64,000 nt of DNA from Candidatus Latescibacterota bacterium (GCA_965207885.1 OZ242311.1:3616001-3680000); one strand, 5' to 3'; positions 35,117 to 45,434 are shown, numbered from the stretch's first letter. Notes: generated by a model not told the origin, from the sequence alone. Numbers and translations: made by a program.

Positions 35117-37621
35117 ATGCGAGTCACACTTCAGATCGGATTGATTGCGTTGGTCTGCCTATTTGGTTCTGGCTTGTCCAGAAGCGAAACCACCATAGAC
35201 ACGCTGTTTCAGAATGCAATGGAGCAAGTTGGCCTGGTAAGTCGGGAGAAAAGCATCCAGACTTTCGAAGAGATTATTTCCAAAGATAGAGATTACGCAC
35301 CTGCATACAACGAATTGGCCAAACTGCATCTGCTGGACCAAACCGTAAATGGGCGACAGCGCGCAATGAGGAGGATACAGCAGGCAATCTCAAGTGATCC
35401 CAACAATGCTGAATATCGGCTGACACGCGGAAAAATCTGGTGGGCACAGAGCTTTCGATTTCGGGCATTGAAACAATTCAAAGACGTGACCGAAAAGCAT
35501 CCCGACAATACGGGTGTCCTCAATAGTCTGGGTATGTTTTGGGTGTATGATTTCCTATCACAGAAAGATAGAAGAGCGCCATTGAAAGAGATGGACATGG
35601 GGTCCAGGGTACGACATTACAGGCTAATGGCAATGAGGCCCAGGATAAAAGATTTCAAGACCTTTGGCCAGGAATCCAAACAAGAAGCAGTGCAGATCTT
35701 CCGAAAAAGTATCCAATTGGATGCCACCAATCAGCACCCCTATTATTTGTTGGGCATACTCTACTTTGAAGATGAGGACTGGTATGCGTTTCAAACCTTG
35801 ATGCAAGACTTGTACGCGCAATATCCAGACGACAAAAATGCGTTGCTATTTTGTGGTCTTGCCGCCTATCAGATTGGCGAATTCAATAACTCGCATGAAT
35901 ACTATCAACGCGCCCTTGACTTGATGAGTGTTGAGGAGCGCGAGTTCCTTGAATCTATCGATCTGCTTGTGCCCGAAGAAGATCATGCATCCCGCGATAC
36001 GACGCAGACGATTGATGCGTTGTTGGAACGCGAGATGTTTTGGAAGCGTCAGGATCCTCTCTATTTGTCTGATTTTAATGAAAGAAAGATGGAACACTTT
36101 GGTCGCATAGCATACTCGAATTTGCGGTTCAAGCGATTTTTGGATAATGTCGAGGGCTGGCAGACAGATATGGGAAAGACCTATATCAAATTTGGAAGAT
36201 ATAGACGTCGCGTGACAACCTATAAGGGGACCTGGGATTCTGAAGAGATCATAGATGCCGCACTGATTCGAAGAAGATCATCTCACATTCTCGCAACAAT
36301 GATGGAATTCTGGTATTACGAAAACTTTCAGATCAAATTTTGTGGTACTACAGATGATATCTGGTATTTTTGCGGCGGTTCCTGGTATGGTGTCAGCCAG
36401 CGCCTACCTATAGGAGCAAGTGTCTTCCGTGAATACGACTTCGGGGCTAAGCTTCCTCTATTTGCGATAATCGGGGATAAGTATCCTAAAGAGAAGAGAC
36501 AAGTCTTTGCTCCTTTGCCTCGTACACTTCAGGAAGCCTCACATCATATATTAAAAAAAACAAAGCAACGGTTTGTCGATCCGTATTTAAATCGAAAATA
36601 CTCCCTCCCCCATCAGATCGCTGCCTTTGAAGAACGAGACGGCATGCGGGTCGAACTCAGCTATATGATTCCAAAAGACCGATTAACAGAAAATTTTGAA
36701 ACGGGCGAAGTGAGTTTTTGGGATGGCGTGTTCTTCTTTGATCAGCAGTGGAATGATATGTATAATGATCGCCAATCCAGGACCTTCACATTACCGCCGC
36801 AGAACCCGGCACAAAACGCCGCTGCACAACATCGCAACGATCACCTATTGGTATCGCGCAAGGTGTCTGTACCCCAGGGGCGCTATCATTTTTCAGTAGA
36901 ATTTATGGATCAAACATCTGGTCTAATTGGCATGGTACGCGATGAGAAACCCTTTGTATATAACCAGGAGACCTTCCATCTGAGTGATCTACTCGTCGGC
37001 AGCGATATTCAAGTGAAGAAAGCATTGCCAGAAGGTCGTGACGACCTGATCATCACACCCAATCCTGTTCGCACATTTTCACAGTCTGAATCGGTCTTTA
37101 TCTATCTGGAACTGTATGATCTCCAGCGCGATGACTTTGGCAATACCCAGTATGAGATCTCCTACACTATCGGCAAGCCAGAGGTAGATGCGCTATCGCC
37201 CACATTATTCGCGTCTCAAGACCTGATTGAGACGATGGGTAAAACAGAGATAAATTTGGAGAGTGGACAAACAGATTATATAGCTGTTCAAGGGTTGCAG
37301 ACCGGGCTATCAGAGGATAGTGAGGAGGACAGTAGCGTATTTCCCGATAGCGATATATGGGGCGAGACGAGGGTTTATACGAGTGGCGGACAGGTTCATC
37401 ATATCCCTGCTGAGGACTTGAAGATCAACCGATCAAAAGATGGCGATTTGACGCGCACCGTGACAGCGAATTACGAAGGCAATCGAGAAGATGATTTCAC
37501 GTATTTGCAGATCGATGTGAACCAGGTACCTGAAGGGATTTATCAATTGACGGTATTGGCAAAGGACCAACAGACAGATCAGACAGATAGGAAATACGTT
37601 TATTTCCGTATCATAGAATAA
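35117..37621 (+). CDS. Exported TPR + GWxTD-domain protein, paralog 1
   Basis: Signal peptide; TPR-like helices; FWKRQDP...NERKMEHFGRIAYSN...EGWQTDMGKTYIKFG; C-terminal LSDLL...PNP...YLELYDL beta domain. Confidence 0.85.
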   Translation: MRVTLQIGLIALVCLFGSGLSRSETTIDTLFQNAMEQVGLVSREKSIQTFEEIISKDRDYAPAYNELAKLHLLDQTVNGRQRAMRRIQQAISSDPNNAEYRLTRGKIWWAQSFRFRALKQFKDVTEKHPDNTGVLNSLGMFWVYDFLSQKDRRAPLKEMDMGSRVRHYRLMAMRPRIKDFKTFGQESKQEAVQIFRKSIQLDATNQHPYYLLGILYFEDEDWYAFQTLMQDLYAQYPDDKNALLFCGLAAYQIGEFNNSHEYYQRALDLMSVEEREFLESIDLLVPEEDHASRDTTQTIDALLEREMFWKRQDPLYLSDFNERKMEHFGRIAYSNLRFKRFLDNVEGWQTDMGKTYIKFGRYRRRVTTYKGTWDSEEIIDAALIRRRSSHILATMMEFWYYENFQIKFCGTTDDIWYFCGGSWYGVSQRLPIGASVFREYDFGAKLPLFAIIGDKYPKEKRQVFAPLPRTLQEASHHILKKTKQRFVDPYLNRKYSLPHQIAAFEERDGMRVELSYMIPKDRLTENFETGEVSFWDGVFFFDQQWNDMYNDRQSRTFTLPPQNPAQNAAAQHRNDHLLVSRKVSVPQGRYHFSVEFMDQTSGLIGMVRDEKPFVYNQETFHLSDLLVGSDIQVKKALPEGRDDLIITPNPVRTFSQSESVFIYLELYDLQRDDFGNTQYEISYTIGKPEVDALSPTLFASQDLIETMGKTEINLESGQTDYIAVQGLQTGLSEDSEEDSSVFPDSDIWGETRVYTSGGQVHHIPAEDLKINRSKDGDLTRTVTANYEGNREDDFTYLQIDVNQVPEGIYQLTVLAKDQQTDQTDRKYVYFRIIE

Positions 37622-37655
37622 ATGGTCTTTCAAATAAGTTTCGTGTCTAAACCCA

Positions 37656-37710
37656 CTGGACTCCGGCCTGCGCCGGAGTGCCCCCGTATAAGAAGCATTA
37701 CGGGGCAGGC
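37656..37710. repeat. Two adjacent REP-like palindromes
   Basis: CTGG-ACTCCGGC-ctgc-GCCGGAGT-G then CCCCGTA-n10-TACGGGG-CAGGC. Confidence 0.65.
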
Positions 37711-37782
37711 TCTCAAGCGGTTGTCATTATTCTTACTGACGCGATTGCGTGAAAAACTCAAGCAACGCAAAGGAAACACATC

Positions 37783-39440
37783 ATGATCGACACAGCTATA
37801 CTGGACCCGATTGCCATCTTTCTCCTCGATACGACTATCAAGACCACCCTATTTATAGGTCTTGTTCTACTTGCCGTGTGGCTTCTGGGCACGCGCCAGT
37901 CAGCCAAACGCAGTTTGCTTTTGAACTGGTGTCTTATCGGCATACTGGTCATTCCCATCGCATCTTTATGTATGCCTTCCCTGCAATTTCAATTTGATTC
38001 GCCATCGCCACCTTCGGAACCGGCTATTCCAACCACTCAACCTGTAGTTGCCCCTGAGACACCTCTGGCAAAATCCACGCCTGAATTGCAGCAACAACGT
38101 GTGTATTCTGTTTCAGGTGTGGTATCCCTAAAAGAAGATTCTATAGAAGGGCTGGAAATCAGGGCTTTTCCAGTTGAAAGATCAAATGATCTTACTTATC
38201 CAAAAACAGACCATACAGATGCCAATGGTGTATATCGTTTAGACGACCTGGAGCCAGGAGAATATCGCATTTTAGTGAGTTTACTCAAAGAAAAGGAAAT
38301 AGACGGACGCACGAAGACAATATATTACCCCGTTCAATCTCAGACGCTGATAATCGAAGACCGCGATATAACGCGGAACTTTGACGTCTCGAGCGATGTG
38401 TATTCTGTTTCAGGCGTGGTATCTCTGAATGACGGTTCTGTTGATGGGTTAAAAATCATGGCCTTTTCAGCTAAAAGATCAAGCGGTCGTATTTTTCCGA
38501 AAACAGATCGTACAGATACTAATGGTGCATATCGTTTGGACTATCTGGAGCCGGGGGAATATCGCATTCTCATGAGCGCCCCCGAGCCCGAAGAAGTGGA
38601 AATAGATGGTCACACGATGGCAATACATCACTCTGGTCAATCTCGAACAGTGGTAATCGAAGACCGCGATGTGACGCTGAATTTTGAGCCCCTGGGCGAT
38701 GCGCGAATTACCGGTGTTGCAACTCACAATGGACAGCCTGTTTCAGGTGTTTATGTAAGCATCCATATTTTATCAGAGGATCCTGAGAATTTTGTCTCAC
38801 TAAGCGGTACTGAAACAGATAAAGAGGGACGGTTTGGATTGCGCGATCTGCCTTCTGCACGGATTGCTATCAGGTTTCGCAAAACTGACCACCTCGGTTC
38901 AGGTAGAAAACACTGGAGCAAAGTCGATACGATTGATCTGACGGATAAAAAAGAATTGAATTATATGGCGGAATTGGAAATGGAGGAACGCACGACATTG
39001 AGCCTGGGAGATATGGCACCCGAATTTGAGGTCAAACGGGTGGATGGATCAACATTTCGGCTCGCAGATTATCGGGGTAAAAAAGCCGTGTTGATCGATT
39101 TTTGGGCAACGTGGTGTGGCCCGTGCATCGATGAAATTCCTACAATTAAAAGAATTGCTGAAACATATCGAGATCAGGGTCTGGAAGTCGTAGGCGTGAG
39201 TTTGGATCGCGATGAGCAAACACTACGAAATTTTGTCCAAAAAGAAAAGCTGAGCTATGTGCAGGTATTTGACAAAGAAAAGGCGCGAGCAATTTCAAAA
39301 TCCTACGGCGTATGGGGCATCCCATCGGCATTTCTGGTAAACCAAAAGGCGTCATCAACGCGCCGAATCTGCGCGGAGACCGCGTTGAAACTGCCGTGAA
39401 GGTATTATTGACCAATGGGCCTATTCCAGCTAAAAACTGA
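37783..39440 (+). CDS. Membrane-anchored CnaB-repeat/TlpA thioredoxin protein (BlaR1 N-terminus, M56 and propeller deleted); 1-bp frameshift at ~39347 (annotated ORF ends 39399)
   Basis: First ~100 aa match the BlaR1 N-terminus, then VYSVSGVVSL domain twice, WCGPC. Restoring one base gives GVINAPNLRGDRVETAVKVLL...KN* at 39440. Confidence 0.75.
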
Positions 39441-39479
39441 ACCGACGAAAACTATTCACAGTATTCGCAAAAAAAGAGG

Positions 39480-41774
39480 ATGAGAATGCGATTCACAGTT
39501 CATATTGGAATGATTGCGTTGGCCTGCCTATTTGTTTCTGGCTTATCCAGAGGTGAAACAACGATAGACTCGCTATTTCAGAACGCAATAGAGCAAGTCG
39601 GTGTGGTGAGCCATAGAGAAAGCATAAAAGCTCTTGAAGAGATTATTTCCAAAGACAAAAAGTATGCACCTGCATACAACGAATTGGCCAAACTACATCT
39701 ATTGGACTACAGCGTAAATAGCCGACAGCGCGCAATGCGGATGGTAAAGCAGGCAATCGCAAGTGATTCCGACAATATTGAGTATCAGCTAACGCGCGGA
39801 AAGATTTTGTGGCATCAAGGCTTTCGGTCACGCGCATTCCACCAATTCAAGGACGTGACCGAAAAGCATCCCAACAATACAGATGTCCTCAACGGGCTGG
39901 GGATGTTCTGGGTATATGAGTTTCTCAGAGTAAAAGATAATGCCCAAACCCGAGATTTCAGGGGATTCGCTCAGGAAGCCAAACAAGAAGCTATTCTGGT
40001 ACTGCGAAAAAGCATCCAATTGGATGAGACCAACCAGCAACCCTATTATTTGTTGGGCATACTCTACTTTGAAGATAAATACTGGGATGCCTTTCATGCC
40101 CTGATGCAAACCCTGCGTGCGCAATATCCAGATGACAAAAATGCGCTCTTGTTCTGTGGGCTTGCCGCCTATCAGATTGGCGAATTCGATGAATCGCATG
40201 AATACTATCAACGCGCCCTTGATTTGATGAGTGTTGAAGAGCGCGAGTTACTGGATTCTATCGACCTGCTTGTGTCCGAAGAAAATCATGCATCCCGCGC
40301 GACACAGACGATTGACGCGCTCTTGAAACGCGAGATGTTTTGGAAGCGCCAGGATCCGCTCTATTTATCAGAATTTAACGAAAGAAAGATGGCGCACTTT
40401 GGTCGTATGGCGTATGCGAATTTGCGATTCAGGCGGTTTTCTGATGATGTCGAGGGCTGGCAGACGGATATGGGGAAGACTTATATCAAATTTGGAAGAT
40501 ATAGAAAAAGAAAAACCTTTTTCTTTTCTGTAGGAAATGACCCGTATAGGGCATTTCATAGAATGATGGAAACATGGTATTACGAAACATTTAAGATCGA
40601 ATATTGCGGGAATGGCAGTGATCGCTGGAGCTTCTGTGGTGGTTTTGAGATAGGACAACGTGGTTCTCGTTATTACCCGGGCTACTTCGACGAAGCCTCG
40701 CATCATACCTTCCGAAAAACAGCCCAACGCTTTGTCGATCCTTACCTCAATCGCAAATACACCCTCCCCTATCAGATCGCCACCTTTGAAGAACAAAACA
40801 GGATGCGCGTCGAACTCAGCTATATGATTCCCAAAAACCAATTAACAAAAAACCCAGAAACGGGCAAAGTGAGTTTTTGGGATGGCGTCTTCTTCTTTGA
40901 TGAGCAGTGGAGCGATATGTATAACTATCGCAAGTTCAAGACCCTTACTTTTCCGAAGCCGCAACCAGCACAAAGCGCCGCAGAACGGCATCGCAACGAT
41001 CACCTGTTAATCTCCCGCACGGTACCTGTAAGCCAGAGCAGCTATCATTTTTCAATAGAATTTATGGATCAAACATCCGGTCTCATTGGTGTGGCACGCG
41101 ACGAGAAACCCTTCGTATATAACCAGGAGACCTTCCACCTGAGTGATCTGCTCGTCGGCAGCGATATTCAAGCTAAGAAAGCATTGCCAGAAAGCCGCGA
41201 CGACCTGCTCATCACACCCAATCCAGTCCGCACATTTTCAAAGTCTGAATCAGTGTTTATCTATCTGGAATTGTATGATCTCCAGCGCGACGATTTTGGC
41301 AGTACGCAATATGAGATCTCCTACACCATCGGCAAGCCAGAGGTAGATACGCTGTCGCCCACATTATTCGCGTCTCACAGTCTGATTTCTACGATGGGCA
41401 AAACAGAGATTGATCTACGCAGTGGACAAATAGCAGAAGCTCAGGGGTTGCAGACCGGACGGACAGAGGATGGCGAGGAGGGCAGTAGCGCATTTTCCGA
41501 TAGCGATATATGGGGCGAGACGAAGGTTTATACGAGTGGTGGTCAAGTCCATCACATCGCAGCCGAGGACTTGAAGATCAACCGATCAAAAGATGGCGAT
41601 TTGACGCGCACCGTGACAGCGAATTACGAAGGCAATCGAGAAGATGATTTCACGTATTTGCAGATTGATGTGAACCAGGTGCCTGAGGGGATTTATCAAT
41701 TGACGGTATTGGCAAAGGACAAACAGACTGAGCAGACGGATAGGAAATACGTTTATTTTCGTATTGTAGAGTAA
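39480..41774 (+). CDS. Exported TPR + GWxTD-domain protein, paralog 2
   Basis: Colinear paralog of 35117; EGWQTDMGKTYIKFG; near-identical C-terminus. Confidence 0.85.
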   Translation: MRMRFTVHIGMIALACLFVSGLSRGETTIDSLFQNAIEQVGVVSHRESIKALEEIISKDKKYAPAYNELAKLHLLDYSVNSRQRAMRMVKQAIASDSDNIEYQLTRGKILWHQGFRSRAFHQFKDVTEKHPNNTDVLNGLGMFWVYEFLRVKDNAQTRDFRGFAQEAKQEAILVLRKSIQLDETNQQPYYLLGILYFEDKYWDAFHALMQTLRAQYPDDKNALLFCGLAAYQIGEFDESHEYYQRALDLMSVEERELLDSIDLLVSEENHASRATQTIDALLKREMFWKRQDPLYLSEFNERKMAHFGRMAYANLRFRRFSDDVEGWQTDMGKTYIKFGRYRKRKTFFFSVGNDPYRAFHRMMETWYYETFKIEYCGNGSDRWSFCGGFEIGQRGSRYYPGYFDEASHHTFRKTAQRFVDPYLNRKYTLPYQIATFEEQNRMRVELSYMIPKNQLTKNPETGKVSFWDGVFFFDEQWSDMYNYRKFKTLTFPKPQPAQSAAERHRNDHLLISRTVPVSQSSYHFSIEFMDQTSGLIGVARDEKPFVYNQETFHLSDLLVGSDIQAKKALPESRDDLLITPNPVRTFSKSESVFIYLELYDLQRDDFGSTQYEISYTIGKPEVDTLSPTLFASHSLISTMGKTEIDLRSGQIAEAQGLQTGRTEDGEEGSSAFSDSDIWGETKVYTSGGQVHHIAAEDLKINRSKDGDLTRTVTANYEGNREDDFTYLQIDVNQVPEGIYQLTVLAKDKQTEQTDRKYVYFRIVE

Positions 41775-41810
41775 AGAGCGGATACTACTCTCGAACTTAT
41801 ATACTGCTCT

Positions 41811-42977
41811 TTACCCCACCCGCTCTGCGCCATTGACCGCTGAACAAACGTAAATCTCAGGCGTCAAACCCGTTTTCCCTGGATACCGCTCATTTATCGC
41901 ATCTGTTAGTGCTGACACAGCATCCCGTTCAACGATATTCACAGTACATCCCCCAAAACCTGCGCCAGTCATCCGCGCACCGAGCACCCCCGACACATTT
42001 AGAGCGATTTCGACCAGCAAATCGAGTTCTTTACCACTCACCTCGTAATCATCTCGCAAACTCTCGTGGGATGCGACCATCAACTGTCCAAACCCCAATA
42101 AATCCCCTTTCTTGAGCAATACAACCGCCCGCTGCGTGCGTTCATTTTCCGTTATCACATGGCGGCACCGCTTCAGAACCGTCTCCGATAGCGCATCACC
42201 GTACACATCCAGCATCTCCATCGACACAGCGCGCAGTGCCCGTATATCCGTCCCCATCGCCCGTGCGAGAAGCGAAACCCCACTTTCACACGCAGACCGC
42301 CGATCATTATACGCTGAATCCGTCAGCCCGCGCGTCACGCCCGAGTTGCAAATCACAATCTGCACATCATCGCCAAAAAGAGGGACAAGCTCAAACGAGA
42401 GATCGCGGCAATCGAGAAACAGCGCATGACCTGCCCGGCCATTTGCCGAAATAAACTGATCCATGATCCCGCAATTAACACCCACAAAATGATTTTCGGC
42501 GCGCTGTCCCAGAAGAGCCAGTTCAGGTCCGCTTATTTCAATGCGGTTTAACACAACCATCCCCTTTCCCATCGCCATCTCCACAGCAGCCGAACTGCTC
42601 AGTCCGGCTCCCATAGGCACGTTGCCCACAATCGCCGCATCAAAACCACACAGCGAATGCCCGAGCTTTTGAAACTCGCGCACCACTCCCTTTGGATAAT
42701 CCGCCCAATTGCCCTGTGCCGCCAGCACATCATCGACCCGGAACTCAGCCACCTCTTCGTGCATCGCCGAGTAAATCCGCACCAGCGAATCGGCTCTCGA
42801 TCGCACCGCAACAACCACCCAGCGGTCAATCGCTGCGGGAAACACAAAACCCGCATTGTAATCCGTGTGTTCCCCAATCAAATTGACGCGCCCAGGTGCC
42901 TGAACGACGACATCCGCCCCCCCTTCAAAAACCGATTCAAAAACGTCGCGCGCCTGTGTGACAATAGGATGCAACAT
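41811..42977 (-). CDS. galK: Galactokinase
   Basis: APGRVNLIGEHTDYN, PMGAGLSSSAA, CGIMDQ, GARMTGAGFGG. Confidence 0.97.
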   Translation of the reverse strand: MLHPIVTQARDVFESVFEGGADVVVQAPGRVNLIGEHTDYNAGFVFPAAIDRWVVVAVRSRADSLVRIYSAMHEEVAEFRVDDVLAAQGNWADYPKGVVREFQKLGHSLCGFDAAIVGNVPMGAGLSSSAAVEMAMGKGMVVLNRIEISGPELALLGQRAENHFVGVNCGIMDQFISANGRAGHALFLDCRDLSFELVPLFGDDVQIVICNSGVTRGLTDSAYNDRRSACESGVSLLARAMGTDIRALRAVSMEMLDVYGDALSETVLKRCRHVITENERTQRAVVLLKKGDLLGFGQLMVASHESLRDDYEVSGKELDLLVEIALNVSGVLGARMTGAGFGGCTVNIVERDAVSALTDAINERYPGKTGLTPEIYVCSAVNGAERVG

Positions 42978-42982
42978 TGAAA

Positions 42983-45139
42983 TTACCCCTTCTCAACTTT
43001 TCGCATCGCCCGCCGGATCTCCTCTGCCGTCATATCCGGATCTGAGGGATTGATGAGATTGCCAAAAATATCTGCCCCCACCACATGCTTCCGCAAACCA
43101 GGTCCCCGCAAAAGCGACGTAATGTGAATTTGCATGTGATAACCGCGATCCACGCCATCTGTCGGAGCTTGCATCAATGCCAGAGTGTAGTGATACGGCG
43201 CGGCAAACAAACCGTCTAACCCGCTGAGAACATCGCGCAATCCCGCAGCCAGGTCGCGCCGTTCTTCCCCATCCAAATCCAACAAACTCGCAGCGTGTGC
43301 CTCCGGCACAATGATCACATCGTAGGGGAATTGTGCGGCAAACGGAACATAAGCCAACACATGAGGACGATCAATGAGAATTCGCCGTCCATCTCCGACT
43401 TCGACTCGATTGGCATCGCACACAAAACAACGCCCCGTTTTCTCGCGATGGGATTCAAACATAGCCAATTGCGGTTTCACCATCAGATCGGGAATCTCGC
43501 AATACGCATAAACCTGTCCATGCGGATGCGGTTGAGAATTGCCCATCACCGTGCCCGAATTCTCAAAAATCAGCGGATACACAATCTCTGGCACCTTCCC
43601 CAACCGGTCGTAAATCTCTGCCCATGCATCAATCACCTGAACGAACGCGTCCAAAGACAGCGTTGACAAACGCTGGGCGTGATTGGGCGTATAAACCACA
43701 ACCTCGCACACGCCCCGAGAGGTGCGCGAGAGGTAGGGTCCCAATTGCGCCTGCGTTTGATAGGCATCCAAGACCAGCGTGGGAAAATCGTTCTCAAATG
43801 TCCACACATCCTTGTAATCTGGATTCACATCACCCGTCACCCGCGTATTGCCAGGGCAGAGATAGCATTCGGGGTCATACGCCATATCATCCAAACCCTC
43901 CATGCCCTGCGTTTCTCCGCGCCAAGGCCTGTCTGCGCGATGGGCAGCGATATTGACCCACCGATTCCAAAAAGGATTGAACCGCTCTTCCTGCACAACT
44001 CGATAGCCGCACGGATGGAGCCTATGCCAGTGCCAGGCGGACTCCAGCAACTCGTGCAGCGTTTCCCTCGCAGCCCACCCCATATCGCGCTGAATGCGAC
44101 TCGCATCGGCAATAAGCGTTGCGGGATCGCCACTTCGCCGCGGTCCAATCGCTTCGGGAATCTCATGACCGGTTACTTCGCGTGCAGCCTCCAAAATCTC
44201 CCGCACACTCACGCCCTGCCCCCTGCCGAGATTGTACGTCGCAGACCGACCCCCTGCCAACAACATATCCAGGCTCTTAATATGTGCATCGGCCAATTCC
44301 ACCACAGAAATATAATCTCGTACAGCCGTGCCATCGGGGGTTGAATAATCATCTCCAAATACAGTCATCTTCTCACGCTGCCCCAAAGCCACTTGCAAAA
44401 CAATGGGGATCAAATGCGTCTCGGGATCGTGATCTTCACCAATCAACCGCGAAGGATCGGCACCTGCGGCATTAAAATAGCGGAGAACAACATATCTTCC
44501 ACCAGCCTCTCGCTCGGCATAGAGCAGCATGCGTTCATCCATCATTTTCGTAATGCCATAGACATTCGTGGGAATTTTTAGCAGAGCAATATCTTCTTCG
44601 GAGAGTTTGAAAGCGATGTGTTTTTTATACCACCCCAAAAGTGTCTCAAAATCCACCGCAGCGGGCATTAACTGGCTTTTCTCAAAGCCGCCATCAGTGA
44701 TCCAGTTCTGCTGATAATTTTCCTTCAGCGGAATGTGTTCTGCGCGGGGTTCGCCATACGTCGCCGCCGTAGATGATTTCACAATGGGAACGCCCTTGCC
44801 CACATCCAACAAATTCTGAAAAGCAATCACATTATTCTCAAAATACCTGTACGGCTCATCCTGGGATTCTCCCACCAGCGTCCTGGCAGCAAAATCGATA
44901 ATGCCACAAAAATTGTGTCTCTCAAAAACAGAGACCAGAGCACGACTATCGAGCAAATTGACATGCTCGAAACAAAATTGCTCTGGCCCATACACCCTTT
45001 CAAACAAGGTGACAACTTCCCGATGTCCTGTTGACAGGTCATCCAGCACCACAACCCGGCGATGATCTTCCAACAGACGCCGAACCGCGTGACTGCCAAC
45101 ATATCCCGCTCCCCCCGTCACCAAAACAGCATCCATCAT
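42983..45139 (-). CDS. galE: Fused UDP-glucose 4-epimerase (GalE) / galactose-1-phosphate uridylyltransferase (GalT)
   Basis: N-half VTGGAGYVG, YGITK, LRYFNAAGA, DGTAVRDYI; C-half RFNP...RADRPW, CYLCPGN, FENDFP, SQPHPHGQ; one continuous ORF. Confidence 0.92.
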   Translation of the reverse strand: MMDAVLVTGGAGYVGSHAVRRLLEDHRRVVVLDDLSTGHREVVTLFERVYGPEQFCFEHVNLLDSRALVSVFERHNFCGIIDFAARTLVGESQDEPYRYFENNVIAFQNLLDVGKGVPIVKSSTAATYGEPRAEHIPLKENYQQNWITDGGFEKSQLMPAAVDFETLLGWYKKHIAFKLSEEDIALLKIPTNVYGITKMMDERMLLYAEREAGGRYVVLRYFNAAGADPSRLIGEDHDPETHLIPIVLQVALGQREKMTVFGDDYSTPDGTAVRDYISVVELADAHIKSLDMLLAGGRSATYNLGRGQGVSVREILEAAREVTGHEIPEAIGPRRSGDPATLIADASRIQRDMGWAARETLHELLESAWHWHRLHPCGYRVVQEERFNPFWNRWVNIAAHRADRPWRGETQGMEGLDDMAYDPECYLCPGNTRVTGDVNPDYKDVWTFENDFPTLVLDAYQTQAQLGPYLSRTSRGVCEVVVYTPNHAQRLSTLSLDAFVQVIDAWAEIYDRLGKVPEIVYPLIFENSGTVMGNSQPHPHGQVYAYCEIPDLMVKPQLAMFESHREKTGRCFVCDANRVEVGDGRRILIDRPHVLAYVPFAAQFPYDVIIVPEAHAASLLDLDGEERRDLAAGLRDVLSGLDGLFAAPYHYTLALMQAPTDGVDRGYHMQIHITSLLRGPGLRKHVVGADIFGNLINPSDPDMTAEEIRRAMRKVEKG

Positions 45140-45291
45140 GCCTGCTCCTCTACAGAATGGTGTACAACGGGCTGTTTTCCAAGCCCCTTCATCTGAGAAA
45201 ACATCACTTTGTACAATTCAATATACACATTGAACAAGCAGAGATTGAACTATTTTCAAAACGCAATATATACCTCTCATTTGTTTTGAAC

Positions 45292-45320
45292 TTGACATCT
45301 CGCCATAAAGGTCTTATTTT
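45292..45320 (+). promoter_or_regulatory. Putative sigma70 promoter for greA
   Basis: TTGACA-N17-TATTTT. Confidence 0.55.
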
Positions 45321-45434
45321 TTTACATATAGACAACATACAGCTTTTTAGCGTATTATGCCGTGTGTCAAAAAAGTCTATCTCGAAACCCGACAGTGGAT
45401 TCCGAGATAGATTTTTCATTTCATGGGAATTATT

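Noticed and set aside
35117-41774. Diversity-generating retroelement acting on GWxTD genes
   Set aside because: No reverse transcriptase or template repeat in the window; differences are length-changing loop swaps, not adenine-specific substitutions.
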